Assembly (NCBI GenBank): GCA_963802945.1
Contig: CAWDKY010000014.1
Coordinates: 64,001 to 128,000, forward strand
Origin: an uncultured delta proteobacterium
GTDB taxonomy: Bacteria > Desulfobacterota > RBG-13-43-22
Direction of reading: 5' to 3'
DNA: 64,000 nucleotides
Below, one piece after another: positions 10,476 to 23,375 of the stretch. A program made the position numbers and the translations under genes. How positions within the stretch are numbered: the stretch's first letter is position 1; each line of letters opens with the position of its first letter. Under the pieces are notes generated by a model, which ran no database searches, was not told the DNA's origin, and saw nothing but the letters and a program-made list of their open reading frames with translations.

Positions 10476-13400
10476 TTGGAAGATTTAATCAGTTACTTTG
10501 CCAAACCCAAAGACCCGTTGAATTTTTATGCGGTAAAAATTTCTCTGGCCTCTCCGGAAAAGATCCACGAATGGTCGCATGGCGAGGTGAAAAAGCCGGA
10601 GACCATAAACTACCGAACCTTCAAGCCGGAAAGGGACGGGCTTTTTTGTGCCAAGATATTCGGCCCGACCAAGGATTATGAGTGTAATTGCGGAAAATAT
10701 AAACGGATGAAACACCGGGGAGTAGTTTGTGAAAAATGCGGAGTGGAGGTCATACAGTCCAAAGTACGACGTGAACGGATGGGACATATTGAACTGGCCA
10801 GCCCCGTAGCCCATATCTGGTTTCTAAAGAGTTTACCCAGTAAAATAGGTACCCTTTTGGATATGACCCTCAAGGAATTGGAAAAAGTTCTTTATTTTGA
10901 AGCCTATATTGTTTTGGAATCCAAGGAACCTTCTTTGCCGGTTCGAAGTCTGTTCTCAGAAGAACGCTATCACCAGATCAAAGAGGAATTTGGGGACCGG
11001 GTGGTGGCAGGCATTGGGGCCGAAGCCATCCAGGTTCTGCTAAAAAATTTGGATTTGGAAGCCGAATCCAAAGCCCTGCGGGAAGAAATCCAAACAACCC
11101 ATTCTGAAGCAAAAAAGAAAAAAACCATCAAGAGGCTTAAAATTATTGATTCTTTTAGGGATTCAGGAAACAGACCTGAATGGATGGTTATGAAGGTTAT
11201 ACCGGTTTTACCACCGGACCTCAGGCCCTTGGTTCCCCTGGATGGCGGACGTTTTGCCACCTCCGATCTGAACGATCTTTATCGAAGGGTCATCAATCGG
11301 AACAATCGCTTGAAACGGCTCCTGGAGCTTAACGCCCCGGATATCATCATTCGAAATGAAAAACGGATGCTTCAGGAGGCCGTGGATGTCCTCTTTGATA
11401 ACGGCCGACGTGGGAAGGTGATCACCGGGACCAATAAGCGCCCTCTGAAGTCTTTGAGCGATATGCTGAAAGGCAAACAAGGGCGATTTCGGCAAAACCT
11501 GTTAGGGAAACGGGTCGATTATTCCGGCCGTTCGGTGATCGTTATTGGGCCTAATTTGCGGCTGCATCAGTGTGGTCTCCCGAAAAAAATGGCCCTGGAA
11601 CTGTTTAAGCCTTTTATTTATCACCGGCTGGAAGAAAAAGGCTATGTGTCCACTATTAAAACAGCTAAAAAGATGGTGGAAAAGGAGACCCCAGAGGTTT
11701 GGGATACCTTGGATGAAGTGGTGCGCGAATATCCGGTCCTGCTTAACAGAGCTCCGACCCTGCACCGCCTTGGGATTCAGGCCTTTGAACCGATTTTGGT
11801 TGAGGGGAAGGCTATCCAGTTGCACCCTCTGGTATGTACGGCCTTTAATGCCGATTTTGATGGAGACCAGATGGCTGTCCATATTCCCTTGTCCATCGAA
11901 GCCCAAATCGAAGCCCGTGTTCTGATGATGTCCACCAACAACATCCTTTCCCCGGCCAATGGGGAACCGATCATCGTCCCCTCTCAGGATATTATTTTGG
12001 GTTTGTACTATATGACGAGGGACCGGATGTTTGCTAAAGGGGAAGGGAAGATTTTTTATGGGCCGGAAGAGGCACGTATAGCCTATGACGCCGGTCAGGT
12101 GGAACTTCAAGCCAGGATCAAAGTCCGTCTTTCCGGCCGGTTGGTCGATACCACGGTTGGACGGGTACTCTTAGGGGAAGTGTTGCCCCCAATGCTTCCC
12201 TTTGATCGCATCAACCGGGTCATGACCAAAAAAGAGGTTCGAAAACTGATCGATGACTGTTATCGGAAGGCCGGGATTAAGGAGACCGTTCTTTTGGCCG
12301 ACCGGTTAAAAGATATTGGATTCCATTATGCAACTTTATCGGGGATTTCGATTTCCGTTTCGGATATGAAGATTCCTCCTCAAAAAAAGGAAATATTGAA
12401 AAAAGCCGAAGAAGAGGTTCGAAGAGTTGAGAAACAATACATCGACGGATTGATTACCGACGGTGAAAAATACAATAAATTAGTTGATATATGGGCCAAG
12501 GCCAGTGAAGACGTGGCTCTGAAGATGATGCAGGTTATGGGCTCAGAAATGTCCACCAGCAAGGGCCATAAGGATCTCCAGGTTGCCAGTTTTAATCCCA
12601 TCTTTATGATGACCGATTCTGGAGCTAGGGGAAGCAAGGATCAGATGAGACAATTGGCGGGAATGCGCGGCTTAATGGCCAAACCCTCGGGGGAGATCAT
12701 CGAGACGCCGATTCGGGCCAATTTCCGAGAAGGGTTGAGTGTCTTGGAGTACTTTATTTCCACCCACGGGGCCAGAAAAGGGTTGGCCGATACGGCCCTT
12801 AAAACAGCCAATTCAGGATACCTGACCCGACGGCTGGTGGATGTGTCCCAAGACGTGATCATCAATGAAATCGATTGCGGGACTATTGATGGGATTTTTG
12901 TCGAATCCCTGCGGGAAGCCGGAGAAGTGATTCAACCTATCGGGGAGCGCGTTTTAGGCCGAGTCACTTTGGAAGATATCAAAGATCCCTTTACCGATGA
13001 GGTGCTGGTTGCGGTCGGCAACGAAATCGATGAGGCGGCAGTAGAACGGATTGAAGAAGCCGGTATTGAGAAAGTTCTGATTCGGTCCGTGTTGACCTGT
13101 CAAAGCGCCCGAGGGGTTTGTGCCAAGTGTTATGGCCGGGACCTGGCCTATGGAAAACAGGTCGATATTGGGCAGGCTATCGGCATTACTGCTGCCCAGT
13201 CCATCGGAGAACCGGGGACCCAGTTGACCATGCGGACCTTCCATATAGGCGGTGTGGCCAGCAAACGGGGGGAACAAACCACCCTTCAATCCCGAACCGA
13301 AGGCAAGGTCCAGTTTGTCCAACTTCATACCGTTCAAAACCGGGACGGAGATCTGGTGGTGATGAACCGAAACGGGCATATTTGTATCCTGGATGCAAAG

Positions 13401-14574
13401 AAGCGGGAGCGGGAACGGTACCCGCTTATCTATGGGACCTTACTCAAAGTCAAAGACAAACAATCGGTCAAGTCCGAAACACTGCTGGCCAACTGGGACC
13501 CTTTTACCATCCCGATTATTACCGCTGTTTCCGGCCGGGTCAAGTTCGGTGATCTAACCGAAGGAGCGACCCTGGAGGAACGGCGGGATGTGGTAACTGG
13601 AAAATCCAGCAAGGTCATTGTCGAATATCGGGATGCCGAAGTCCGGCCGCGAATTTCCATCAAAGATGAGGGCGGAAAAACAGCCCGGCTTACCAGGGAC
13701 CAATTCCTTTGCCCGTTACCTCTTGCCCATAGGGGCTATCGTCATGGTTTCCGAAGGGGATCAGGTTTTGGCCGGCGATGTGGTGGCCAAGATCCCCAGA
13801 GAGACTACCAAGACCAAGGATATTACCGGTGGTTTGCCCCGGGTGGCGGAACTCTTTGAGGTTCGTAAACCCAAAGAACATGCTGTGATAACCGAAATTG
13901 ATGGGGTGGTTTCTTTCGGAAAACATACCAAAGGAAAACGGAAAGTCATCGTTACCCCGGAGGTTGGCGAGGTCAAAGAATACCTGATTCCTAAAGGGAA
14001 ACATGTCAGCGTGCAGGAAGGGGATGTGATCCTGGCCGGTGAACCCTTGATGGATGGTTCGGCCAATCCACACGATATCCTGAGTGTCAGCGGGATTAAA
14101 GAACTGGCCAAATATCTGGTCAACGAAGTCCAGGAAGTCTATCGTCTTCAAGGAGTTAAGATCAACGACAAGCATATCGAGGTGATCGTCCGACAGATGT
14201 TGCGTAAGGTGAGGATTAAAGACCCCGGTGACACGGACTACCTGGTGGGAGACCAAGTGGAACGGCAGGCGTTTACTCAGAAAAACCAGGAGATTCTGGC
14301 TCGAGGGGGTAACCCGGCCCAGGCCGAACCTCTGCTCCAGGGAATCACCAAAGCCTCTCTGTCTACCGATAGTTTTATCTCGGCCGCCTCGTTTCAAGAA
14401 ACAACTAAGGTTTTAACCGACACCTGTATCGCCGGTGAGAAGGATTTCCTCCGAGGTCTTAAAGAAAACGTGATTATGGGACGATTGATCCCGGCCGGCT
14501 CGGGAATGCCCGTCTATCGTAAGATTCTTCTTCAGCAAATAGAAGAGAATGCGGAAAAAAAGATTGACAATTAA
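10476..14574 (+). CDS. rpoC: RNA polymerase beta' subunit (one extra base near 13689, probably sequencing error)
   Basis: [12 protein letters not shown] active site and Zn fingers; ORFs 10476-13859 and 13618-14574 join as ...[17 protein letters not shown] after removing one base. Confidence 0.97.
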
Positions 14575-14592
14575 TGAAAAGCAGTTTATAAA
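14564..14592 (+). promoter_or_regulatory. sigma70 promoter of str operon overlapping rpoC stop
   Basis: TTGACA-17nt-TATAAA. Confidence 0.65.
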
Positions 14593-14649
14593 ATTAGATT
14601 TTTAGCTTTTAGGCAGTTCAACCAAAAGAAGAGGAACAAACAAGGAGTT

Positions 14650-15021
14650 ATGGCCACTATCAATCAATTGATTCGCCAGGGCAGGAAACAAGTTAAAGGG
14701 AAAAATACGGCGCCGGCCTTAAAGGGGTGTCCGCAAAAACGAGGGGTATGTATTCGAGTTTATACCTCGACACCCAAAAAGCCCAATTCGGCCCTTCGAA
14801 AAGTGGCCCGGGTGCGCTTGACCAATGGGATGGAGGTGACTACTTATATCCCGGGGATTGGACATAATCTGCAGGAGCACTCGGTGGTTCTAATTCGAGG
14901 CGGCAGGGTCAAGGATCTGCCTGGAGTTAGATATCATATTATTCGCGGGACGCTGGACTCCATCGGTGTGGCGGATCGAAAAAACAGCCGATCCAAATAC
15001 GGGGCCAAAAGACCGAAGTAA
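14650..15021 (+). CDS. rpsL: 30S ribosomal protein S12
   Basis: [23 protein letters not shown]. Confidence 0.99.
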   Translation: MATINQLIRQGRKQVKGKNTAPALKGCPQKRGVCIRVYTSTPKKPNSALRKVARVRLTNGMEVTTYIPGIGHNLQEHSVVLIRGGRVKDLPGVRYHIIRGTLDSIGVADRKNSRSKYGAKRPK

Positions 15022-15030
15022 TAAATAACA

Positions 15031-15104
15031 GGGGTCGAGGAGCCAAGGATTCGAGGGTTCAATCCCGCCGAAGGCGGGACTTGAATCCTTGAACCCTTTT
15101 GGAA
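15031..15104. repeat. octamer-unit hairpin (GGATTCRA / TTGAAYCC) with nested CCCGCC-GAAG-GCGGG mini-hairpin
   Basis: ggggtcga ggagccaa ggattcga gggttcaa tcccgccgaaggcgggac ttgaatcc ttgaaccc. Confidence 0.75.
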
Positions 15105-15143
15105 TTTACCTCACAACTTAACTTAATTTACAAAGAGGTCGGA

Positions 15144-15614
15144 ATGCCGAGGAAAAGAGAAGTCATTCACAGGGGGATCTTGCCTGATCCCAAGTATCAC
15201 AGTCTACTGGTGGCCAAGTTTGTCAATTCTCTAATGCGCCAAGGGAAAAAGAGCACGGCCGAGTCGATTCTCTATCGATCTTTGGATTTGATCGGCAAGA
15301 AGGGCGACGAGGAACCGATTAAGATATTCGAAAAGGCCTTAGAAAATATTAAGCCGGTGATTGAGGTTAAATCCAGAAGGGTCGGAGGTTCCACTTACCA
15401 GGTTCCGGTGGAGGTCAAATCAAGCCGGAGGCTTTCTCTGAGTATCCGTTGGGTCATTACCTATGCCAAAGCGCGTTCTGAGAAAACTATGGAAGGTAAA
15501 TTGGCCGGGGAGCTGTTGGATGCGGCTAATAATCGGGGGGCGGCCATCAAAAAGAAAGAAGACACCCACAAAATGGCTGAGGCAAACAAGGCCTTTGCCC
15601 ACTACCGCTGGTAA
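15144..15614 (+). CDS. rpsG: 30S ribosomal protein S7
   Basis: MPRKREV start after GAGG RBS; [25 protein letters not shown]. Confidence 0.99.
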   Translation: MPRKREVIHRGILPDPKYHSLLVAKFVNSLMRQGKKSTAESILYRSLDLIGKKGDEEPIKIFEKALENIKPVIEVKSRRVGGSTYQVPVEVKSSRRLSLSIRWVITYAKARSEKTMEGKLAGELLDAANNRGAAIKKKEDTHKMAEANKAFAHYRW

Positions 15615-15658
15615 CCGGTGACTAAGGGTATGTTTCAAAGAGGAAATGGAGTCATTGT

Positions 15659-17737
15659 TTGTCTGAGCAGGTTTTATTATCACGGATTCGGAATATAGGG
15701 ATCATGGCTCACATCGATGCCGGAAAAACCACCACCACCGAAAGGATTCTTTATTATACAGGAGTGTCCTACAAGATGGGGGAGGTGCATGAGGGATCAG
15801 CGGTGATGGACTGGATGGAACAGGAGCAGGAACGGGGTATTACCATTACTTCGGCAGCCACCACTTGTACCTGGAGCGATCACCGGATTAATATTATTGA
15901 TACCCCAGGTCATGTGGATTTCACCATTGAAGTTGAAAGGAGCTTAAGGGTCCTTGATGGGGCGATAGCGGTTTTTGATGCCGTAGCCGGTGTGGAACCG
16001 CAATCGGAGACGGTCTGGAGACAAGCGGACCGCTACAATATTCCGCGATTGGCTTTTATTAATAAAATGGATCGGGTCGGGGCCGATCATGAACGGTGCC
16101 TGAAAATGATGGAAGAACGGCTGGGTGCCAATCCGGTGTTCATTCAATGTCCTCTGGGTAAGGAAGAATCCTTTCAGGGGATCATTGATCTGATTGCCCT
16201 TAAGGCTTATTCCTTTAATCAGTCAACCCTCGGGCGGACTTTGGAATCCGAGCCCATTCCCGAGGATTTGAAAGAGACGGTGATTTTGTATCGGCGAAAA
16301 TTAATTGAAGCTTTGGCCGATACCGACGACACTCTTATGGAAGTCTACCTAGAAGGAAAAGAATTATCGGAAGAATTGATCATCCAGGCTCTGCGCCAGG
16401 CCACCTTAAAGCAAAAGGTGGTTCCCGTGCTTTGCGGCTCGGCTTTTAAAAATAAAGGGGTTCAGCCTCTCTTAGATGCCATCGTCCGCTATCTGCCGGC
16501 CCCGACAGATGTTCCTCCGATCCAAGGGAAGAATCCTTCCGGGGAAGTAGAAGAACGAAGGGCCGATGAAGAAGCCCCTTTTACTGCTCTGGCCTTTAAA
16601 TTAATGTCTGATCCTTATGTCGGCCATTTAACCTTTTTAAGGGTTTATTCCGGACAACTGTCCTCCGGGGGAGCGGTTTTAAATGTTAACAAAGGACGGA
16701 AAGAAAAGATCGGCCGCCTGTTGAAGATGCATGCCAATCAGAGGGAAGAAATCAAAGAGATGAGGGCCGGGGATATTGTGGCTGTGGTGGGATTGAAAAA
16801 CACCACCACCGGCGACAGCCTTTGTGATCCTAACGCCCCTCTATTACTGGAATCACTGGACATCCCGGTACCGGTGATCTCAATTGCCATCGAACCCAAA
16901 AGTAAGGCCGACCTTGACAAATTGGGCCTGTCCCTTCAAAGGATTGCTGCTGAAGACCCCTCCTTTAAAGTCCATACCGAGCAGGAGACCGGGCAGACCA
17001 TCATCTCCGGTATGGGTGAACTGCACTTGGAAATTATTGTCGATCGGCTTACACGGGAGTTTAATGTCGCCGCCGATATCGGCAAACCCCAGGTGGCTTA
17101 CAAAGAAACCATCACCCGGGAAATGAAAGCCGAAGGAAAGTACATTCGTCAAAGTGGAGGACGGGGACAATACGGTCATGTCTGGCTTGAGACTTATCCC
17201 AGGAAAGCCGGCAGTGGATTTTTGTTTGAAAATAAGATTGTCGGGGGTGTGATTCCCAAGGAATATATTCCGGCCGTGGAAAAAGGGATCATTGAGGCCA
17301 TGGAAGGGGGAGTGCTGGCCGGATATCCCATGGTGGATGTAGGGGTCAGGCTGGTGGACGGCTCTTTTCATGAAGTGGATTCTTCGGAACGGGCCTTTCT
17401 TTTTGCCGGATCCATCGCCTTTAAGGAAGCGGCGGCCAAGGCCCAGGCCGTTTTACTGGAACCGATTATGGAAGTGGAAATCGTGACTCCTGAAGAATTT
17501 ATCGGGGAAGTCATGGGAGATTTGAATTCCCGCCGGGGAAAAATCCTGGGATTGGAGAACCGGGGCAAAGCCCGAATCGTACGGGGGCAGGCTCCAATGG
17601 CCGAGGTGTTCGGTTATTCAACCGGTATCAGGTCCTTGACTCAAGGCCGAGCCACATTTACCCTCCAATTTTCCCATTATCTGAAGGTTCCTCAATCCGT
17701 ATTCGAATCTCTTATCAAAGATAGAAAAAAGGGTTAA
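15659..17737 (+). CDS. fusA: elongation factor G
   Basis: [28 protein letters not shown]; 692 aa. Confidence 0.99.
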   Translation: MSEQVLLSRIRNIGIMAHIDAGKTTTTERILYYTGVSYKMGEVHEGSAVMDWMEQEQERGITITSAATTCTWSDHRINIIDTPGHVDFTIEVERSLRVLDGAIAVFDAVAGVEPQSETVWRQADRYNIPRLAFINKMDRVGADHERCLKMMEERLGANPVFIQCPLGKEESFQGIIDLIALKAYSFNQSTLGRTLESEPIPEDLKETVILYRRKLIEALADTDDTLMEVYLEGKELSEELIIQALRQATLKQKVVPVLCGSAFKNKGVQPLLDAIVRYLPAPTDVPPIQGKNPSGEVEERRADEEAPFTALAFKLMSDPYVGHLTFLRVYSGQLSSGGAVLNVNKGRKEKIGRLLKMHANQREEIKEMRAGDIVAVVGLKNTTTGDSLCDPNAPLLLESLDIPVPVISIAIEPKSKADLDKLGLSLQRIAAEDPSFKVHTEQETGQTIISGMGELHLEIIVDRLTREFNVAADIGKPQVAYKETITREMKAEGKYIRQSGGRGQYGHVWLETYPRKAGSGFLFENKIVGGVIPKEYIPAVEKGIIEAMEGGVLAGYPMVDVGVRLVDGSFHEVDSSERAFLFAGSIAFKEAAAKAQAVLLEPIMEVEIVTPEEFIGEVMGDLNSRRGKILGLENRGKARIVRGQAPMAEVFGYSTGIRSLTQGRATFTLQFSHYLKVPQSVFESLIKDRKKG

Positions 17738-17796
17738 TCCGTAGGTTCAGTATATTATGGGAAAAGAATTAATTTAACCAAAAGGGAGGCGGGGAG

Positions 17797-18996
17797 ATGT
17801 CGAAGAAGAAATTTGAGCGGACGAAGCCGCATGTGAATGTAGGGACGATAGGGCATATAGATCATGGGAAGACGACGTTGACGGCGGCGATCACGTTATG
17901 TTTATCGAAGGTAGGGATGGCGAGTTATGTGCCGTTTGACCAGATAGACAAGGCGCCGGAGGAGAAGGAACGGGGGATCACGATAGCGACGGCGCACGTG
18001 GAGTATGAGACGAAGAAACGGCATTATGCGCATGTGGATTGTCCGGGGCATGCGGATTATATTAAGAACATGATCACCGGAGCGGCGCAGATGGACGGAG
18101 CGATTTTGGTGGTCGGGGCGGATGACGGGCCGATGCCGCAGACGAGGGAGCATATTTTATTGGCGCGGCAGGTTGGGGTGCCGTATATCGTGGTTTTTTT
18201 GAACAAGACGGACATGGTGGATGATCCGGAATTGATAGAGCTGGTGGAGTTGGAGTTAAGGGAGTTATTGACCAAGTATGAATTTCCTGGGGACGAGATA
18301 CCGATCATCAAGGGATCGGCGTTGAAGGCCTTGGAATGCGGGTGTGGGAAAGAGGAATGCAACAACTGCAGGCCGATATTGGAATTGATGGATGCGGTGG
18401 ACAAGTTTATCCCGGAGCCGGTGAGGGATATAGAGAAGCCGTTTTTGATGCCGGTGGAGGATGTGTTTAGTATATCTGGGCGCGGGACGGTAGTAACGGG
18501 CCGAGTGGAACGAGGGCAGGTGAAGGTTGGGGAGGAAGTGGAGATTATCGGGATCCGGCCGACGGCCAAGACGATCTGTACCGGGGTGGAGATGTTTCGG
18601 AAGACGTTGGACCAGGGGCAGGCGGGAGACAATCTGGGGTTATTGCTTCGGGGGACGAAGCGGGACGAAGTGGAACGGGGCCAGGTGGTGGCCAAGCCGG
18701 GGAGCATCACGCCGCACACCAAGTTTAAGGCCGAGGCGTATATATTGACCAAGGAAGAAGGGGGCCGGCACACGCCGTTTTTCAATGGGTACCGGCCGCA
18801 GTTTTATTTTCGAACGACGGACGTGACGGGAGTGGTGACGTTACCGGAAGGGGTGGAGATGGTGATGCCTGGGGACAATGTCTCGGTGGAGATATCGTTG
18901 ATCACCCCGATTGCCATGGAGAAGGAGCTTCGTTTTGCCATCCGGGAAGGGGGCCGCACGGTCGGCGCCGGCGTCATCTCGGAGATTATCGAATAA
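17797..18996 (+). CDS. tuf: elongation factor Tu (copy 2)
   Basis: Protein identical to 1039-2238. Confidence 0.99.
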   Translation: MSKKKFERTKPHVNVGTIGHIDHGKTTLTAAITLCLSKVGMASYVPFDQIDKAPEEKERGITIATAHVEYETKKRHYAHVDCPGHADYIKNMITGAAQMDGAILVVGADDGPMPQTREHILLARQVGVPYIVVFLNKTDMVDDPELIELVELELRELLTKYEFPGDEIPIIKGSALKALECGCGKEECNNCRPILELMDAVDKFIPEPVRDIEKPFLMPVEDVFSISGRGTVVTGRVERGQVKVGEEVEIIGIRPTAKTICTGVEMFRKTLDQGQAGDNLGLLLRGTKRDEVERGQVVAKPGSITPHTKFKAEAYILTKEEGGRHTPFFNGYRPQFYFRTTDVTGVVTLPEGVEMVMPGDNVSVEISLITPIAMEKELRFAIREGGRTVGAGVISEIIE

Positions 18997-19002
18997 ACAC
19001 AA

Positions 19003-19072
19003 CAAGAAGTCAGAAGACGGAACGAAAACAAACTAGATGATAATTATTCTGAATTCTGACTCCTGAATACTG
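19003..19072. repeat. heptamer-unit hairpin (AGTCAGA / TTCTGAN), same subfamily as 3588-3682
   Basis: agtcaga agacgga ... ttctgaa ttctgac tcctgaa tactg. Confidence 0.6.
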
Positions 19073-19090
19073 TAATTAAGAGGAAGTACT

Positions 19091-19402
19091 ATGATGACCA
19101 GTCAAAAAATACGGATCCAACTCAGGGCGTTCGACCATAAATTGTTGGATCAATCGGCAGCCGAGATCGTGGAAACAGCCCGAAGAACCGGGGCACGGAT
19201 AGCCGGGCCTATTCCCTTGCCGACGATGATTAAAAAATTTTGTGTTCTAAGATCTCCGCATGTGGATAAAAAATCCAGAGAACAGTTTGAAGTCCGAACC
19301 CACAAACGATTGTTGGACATTCTGGAACCGACTCAGGCCACGGTAGATGCCTTGATGAAATTGGATCTATCTGCCGGTGTAGATGTAGAGATAAAACTGT
19401 AA
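19091..19402 (+). CDS. rpsJ: 30S ribosomal protein S10
   Basis: [20 protein letters not shown]. Confidence 0.99.
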   Translation: MMTSQKIRIQLRAFDHKLLDQSAAEIVETARRTGARIAGPIPLPTMIKKFCVLRSPHVDKKSREQFEVRTHKRLLDILEPTQATVDALMKLDLSAGVDVEIKL

Positions 19403-19438
19403 GGCCATATTTTTTCAAAAACGGTCTGTAAGAGAAAG

Positions 19439-20056
19439 ATGAACATGCAAGGAATTTTGGGGAAAAAACTGGGAATGACCAGAATATTTTTAGAAGAGGG
19501 GAAGGCCGTAGCCGTAACGGTCATTGAGGCCGGACCCTGTGTGGTGGTTCAGAAAAAAGGGGAACAAAATCACAAGACGGTCTATCAACTTGGATTTATC
19601 CCGGCCAAACCCAAGGCACTTAATAAACCCATGCAGGGACATTTTAACAAAAAGGGGATGAACACCCTCAGCCATCTGAAAGAATTTACAGCTTCGGGTG
19701 ACAAACCCTATAAGGTGGGCGATGAGGTCCGGGTCGATATATTCCAGGTAGGGGATAAAGTAAAAGTCCAGGGGACCAGCAAGGGGAAAGGCTTCGCCGG
19801 CGTCGTCAAGCGATGGAATTTTTCAGGAGGAAAGGACACCCACGGGTGCACTTCTCACCGGGTTCCCGGGTCCATCGGCGCCAGTGCCTACCCTTCCCGG
19901 GTCATCAAAGGCAAAAAACTTCCCGGGCACATGGGAAACCGCCGGGTGAGCATCCTTCATCTTTCGGTTGTGGATATCAGGCCGGAACAAAATTTACTGC
20001 TGGTTAAAGGGGCAGTGCCTGGGAGTCGCAATAATCTCCTGGCCATTTATAAATAA
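19439..20056 (+). CDS. rplC: 50S ribosomal protein L3
   Basis: GKKLGMTRIF, SKGKGFAGVVKRW. Confidence 0.99.
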   Translation: MNMQGILGKKLGMTRIFLEEGKAVAVTVIEAGPCVVVQKKGEQNHKTVYQLGFIPAKPKALNKPMQGHFNKKGMNTLSHLKEFTASGDKPYKVGDEVRVDIFQVGDKVKVQGTSKGKGFAGVVKRWNFSGGKDTHGCTSHRVPGSIGASAYPSRVIKGKKLPGHMGNRRVSILHLSVVDIRPEQNLLLVKGAVPGSRNNLLAIYK

Positions 20057-20057
20057 T

Positions 20058-20114
20058 GATGCTGGATACTCGATAAAAACCTTTTCAATCCAGCATCCAG
20101 CATCCAATATCCGG
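20058..20114. repeat. heptamer-unit hairpin (GATGCTG / ATCCAGC)
   Basis: gatgctg gatactc gat ... atccagc atccagc atccaat atccgg. Confidence 0.75.
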
Positions 20115-20150
20115 ATTTGGAAAACGAATTTCAAAGTCAAGGAAGAAAGC

Positions 20151-20774
20151 ATGCCAACGGTAACTGTCTATAACCTCTCCGGTGAAAAGATGGAAGAACT
20201 TTTCCTGAAGGATGAGATCTTTAACCGAGAGGTTAATCCACACATACTTCATCAAATGGTCTTGAGCCTTCAAGCCAGGCAGAGGGCTGGAACCTCCTCG
20301 ACCAAAGATCGATCCGAAGTCCGAGGCGGCGGTAAAAAGCCTTTCCGTCAAAAGGGGACCGGCCGAGCCAGGCAGGGGACCAGGACCTCTCCTTTGATGC
20401 GAAAAGGGGGGGTAGTATTCGGACCAGGACCAAGGACCTATGAACCGAAAGTCAATAAAAAGGTCAGGAAGTTGGCCATGAAAATGGCCTTGTCCTCCAG
20501 ATGGCAGGGGGATCAACTAATGGTCTTGGATCATTTCCATCTGGATGAGATCAAGACGAAAAAATTTCACCAGGTCATGGATCAACTTCAATTGAAAAAA
20601 ACCCTGATCGTCACCGATCAGGAAAACCTGAATCTGGAAAAATCAGCTCGTAACGTGAAGGGCGTAAAAGTCCTCCGGGCTGATGGATTGAATGTTTATG
20701 ATATATTAAAATACGATCGTCTGATCCTGCTTAAACCCAGCATTCCGATTATTGAGGAGGCCTTAGGCCAATGA
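20151..20774 (+). CDS. rplD: 50S ribosomal protein L4
   Basis: MPTVTVYN start; GGGKKPFRQKGTGRARQG. Confidence 0.99.
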   Translation: MPTVTVYNLSGEKMEELFLKDEIFNREVNPHILHQMVLSLQARQRAGTSSTKDRSEVRGGGKKPFRQKGTGRARQGTRTSPLMRKGGVVFGPGPRTYEPKVNKKVRKLAMKMALSSRWQGDQLMVLDHFHLDEIKTKKFHQVMDQLQLKKTLIVTDQENLNLEKSARNVKGVKVLRADGLNVYDILKYDRLILLKPSIPIIEEALGQ

Positions 20775-21052
20775 AAGATATGTTCCAAATCATCAAGAGA
20801 CCCTTGTTAACGGAAAAATCAACTCGAAAGAAAGAAGAGTTCAATGAAGTGACTTTCGAGGTGGACCGTCGAGCCAATCGTTCAGAGGTCAAAATGGCTG
20901 TCCAGACCCTGTTTAAGGTCAAGGTGCAACGGGTTAATCTCCTGCAGCAAGGTGGAAAGAAAAAGCGCGTGGGGAAAAACCTTGGACGAACTGCAGATTG
21001 GAAGAAGGCCCTGGTCAGGCTGGCCCCGGGTGAAGCGATTGAAAATCTATAA
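20771..21052 (+). CDS. rplW: 50S ribosomal protein L23
   Basis: IIKRPLLTEKS, WKKALVRL. Confidence 0.98.
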   Translation: MKDMFQIIKRPLLTEKSTRKKEEFNEVTFEVDRRANRSEVKMAVQTLFKVKVQRVNLLQQGGKKKRVGKNLGRTADWKKALVRLAPGEAIENL

Positions 21053-21081
21053 GGAAGGGACCTTGGTAAGGGAGAAGCAAT

Positions 21082-21909
21082 ATGGCCATTAAAACATGTA
21101 CACCGACCTCAGCCGGAAGGCGGTTTCAAACCTTTGATACCTTCGATGAAATCACGGAGGGGAAACCCTTGCGGGGTCTGGTCGAACCTTTACCTCGGAC
21201 CGGCGGTCGTAACAATTACGGCCGTATCACCAGCCGGTATATGGGGGGCGGGCATAAGCGCCAGTTTCGCCGTATCGATTTTAAGCGGGAGAAAATCGAC
21301 ATCCCGGCCAAGGTGGCCGGAATCGAATACGATCCCAATCGTTCCACCAGGATCGCCCTACTTCATTATGCTGACGGGGAAAAACGTTACATTCTGGCCC
21401 CTCTTCAGCTCAAGGTGGGAGATGTGGTGATCAGCAGTATGCAGGCCGACATCAAACCGGGAAACAGCCTACCCATCGCCAACATTCCTTTGGGAACCAC
21501 TATTCATAACATTGAATTAAAACCGGGGTGCGGCGGGCAATTGGCCCGCAGCGCCGGGACTTATGCCCAACTCATGGCCAAGGAAGACAAATATGGGCAA
21601 GTTAAATTGCCTTCAGGAGAAGTTCGCAAGGTATTATTGACCTGCCGGGCCACGATCGGGCAGTGCGGCCATCTATTGCATGAGCGGATTTCCTTGGGCA
21701 AGGCCGGCCGAAGCCGTTGGCTGGGTCAAAGACCCAAGGTGCGCGGTGTGGCCATGAACCCGGTGGATCATCCCCATGGCGGAGGGGAGGGGAAATCCTC
21801 CGGTGGTCGGCATCCGGTAACCCCCTGGGGGGTTCCAACGAAGGGTTTTAAAACCCGCAAGAAAAAAAGTAGTGATCGGTTGATCGTTAAAAAGAGAAAA
21901 GCACAGTAA
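21082..21909 (+). CDS. rplB: 50S ribosomal protein L2
   Basis: [24 protein letters not shown]. Confidence 0.99.
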   Translation: MAIKTCTPTSAGRRFQTFDTFDEITEGKPLRGLVEPLPRTGGRNNYGRITSRYMGGGHKRQFRRIDFKREKIDIPAKVAGIEYDPNRSTRIALLHYADGEKRYILAPLQLKVGDVVISSMQADIKPGNSLPIANIPLGTTIHNIELKPGCGGQLARSAGTYAQLMAKEDKYGQVKLPSGEVRKVLLTCRATIGQCGHLLHERISLGKAGRSRWLGQRPKVRGVAMNPVDHPHGGGEGKSSGGRHPVTPWGVPTKGFKTRKKKSSDRLIVKKRKAQ

Positions 21910-21910
21910 C

Positions 21911-22041
21911 AATTTCGGATTTCAGATTGCGGATTTCGGAATAAAAAGGTTTAAATCAATCTGAAAAAAGAATTACGGATTGAGGAATGAAAAAGTACCT
22001 TATTATTCCGCAATCTAAAATCGGCAATCCGAAATTGAAAT
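21911..22041. repeat. heptamer-unit hairpin (ATTTCGG / CCGAAAT)
   Basis: atttcgg atttcag attgcgg atttcgg ... ccgcaat ctaaaat cggcaat ccgaaat. Confidence 0.8.
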
Positions 22042-22051
22042 GGGGGTAGGT

Positions 22052-22342
22052 GTGGCACGTTCAATAAAAAAAGGTCCTTTTGTTGATGAACCTTTGTTGA
22101 AAAAAGTACAAGAATCCCAGGAGACCAAAAGCCGGAAAGTCATTAAAACCTGGTCGCGTCGCTCAACCGTCATGCCTGAATTTGTGGGTATGACCTTTGC
22201 GGTCCATAACGGTAAAAAGTTCATTCCGGTCTATGTTACTGAAAATATGGTCGGCCACAAATTGGGGGAATTTTCTCCCACCCGAACTTTTTATGCCCAT
22301 TCCGGGAATAGAAAGACCGCGGTAAAAGGAAAGGCCAAGTAG
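22052..22342 (+). CDS. rpsS: 30S ribosomal protein S19
   Basis: GTG start, [24 protein letters not shown]. Confidence 0.98.
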   Translation: MARSIKKGPFVDEPLLKKVQESQETKSRKVIKTWSRRSTVMPEFVGMTFAVHNGKKFIPVYVTENMVGHKLGEFSPTRTFYAHSGNRKTAVKGKAK

Positions 22343-22356
22343 GAAAGGGTAAACCC

Positions 22357-22686
22357 ATGGAAACAAAGGCCCAGGCCAAATATATCCGGATAGCGCCCCG
22401 CAAGGTCCAGGTGATCATTCCGGCCATCAAGGGGAGAAAAGTGGAAGAGGCCATTTCCATTTTGCAGTTTATGCCCAGGAAAGGGGCGCGAATCCTTCAA
22501 AAAGTTTTGCATTCGGCGGTAGCCAATGCCGAACAGAATAAAGTGGATATCGACACCCTGGTGGTCAAGACGGTTCTGGTCGATGGCGGTCCTACTTTGA
22601 AGCGTTTTATGCCCAGAGCCATGGGCCGGGCCTATCCCATATTAAAAAGGACCAGTCATATCACGGTTTTTTTAGAAGAAGCTTAA
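22357..22686 (+). CDS. rplV: 50S ribosomal protein L22
   Basis: [25 protein letters not shown]. Confidence 0.99.
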   Translation: METKAQAKYIRIAPRKVQVIIPAIKGRKVEEAISILQFMPRKGARILQKVLHSAVANAEQNKVDIDTLVVKTVLVDGGPTLKRFMPRAMGRAYPILKRTSHITVFLEEA

Positions 22687-22702
22687 AAAGAAGGAGGTCG
22701 GT

Positions 22703-23356
22703 TTGGGACAGAAGACACATCCAAAAGGATTCCGACTGGTAGTCAACAAGGACTGGAATTCGCGATGGTTTGCTGACAAGGACAAGGAATTCGCGCAGTT
22801 CATTCGGGAAGATAAAGAGATTCGCGATTTTCTGAAAAAAAGGTTGTTTGAGGCCGGTGTGGCCCGGATTGAAATAGAAAGGGCGGCCAATAAGGCCAAG
22901 ATCATCATTTATACCGCCAGGCCTGGGATCGTCATCGGCAAAAAAGGTGCCCAGATTGAAGGTCTTAAAAAAGACCTGGAAAAACAGATTAAACGGGAAG
23001 TGATTTTGGATATCCAGGAGGTTCGAAAACCGGAGGTTGAGGCCCAGTTGGTGGCTGAAAATGTGGCTTCGCAATTAGAGCGCCGGGTGGCCTTCAGGAG
23101 GGCCATGAAAAAGGCGGTCACTTCGGCCAGAAAATTCGGGGCCGGAGGGATCAAGATCGCCTGTGCCGGACGTTTGGGCGGGGCAGAAATGGCCCGAACC
23201 GAATGGTATCGGGAAGGTCGGGTCCCCCTCCATACCCTGCGAGCTGATATCGATTACGGATTTGCCGAAGCGGCCACGACCTACGGACTAATCGGGATCA
23301 AGGTGCTTATTTTTAAAGGGGAAAGATTAGTCGAAAAGGAAATACCGGCCAGATAA
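22703..23356 (+). CDS. rpsC: 30S ribosomal protein S3
   Basis: [26 protein letters not shown]. Confidence 0.99.
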   Translation: MGQKTHPKGFRLVVNKDWNSRWFADKDKEFAQFIREDKEIRDFLKKRLFEAGVARIEIERAANKAKIIIYTARPGIVIGKKGAQIEGLKKDLEKQIKREVILDIQEVRKPEVEAQLVAENVASQLERRVAFRRAMKKAVTSARKFGAGGIKIACAGRLGGAEMARTEWYREGRVPLHTLRADIDYGFAEAATTYGLIGIKVLIFKGERLVEKEIPAR

Positions 23357-23375
23357 AAAAAGAGGAATTTAAGTT

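Noticed and set aside
10476-14574. Naturally split rpoC (two ORFs)
   Set aside because: One-base removal restores a continuous canonical protein, the break is not at the cyanobacterial split point, and similar indels occur throughout the window.
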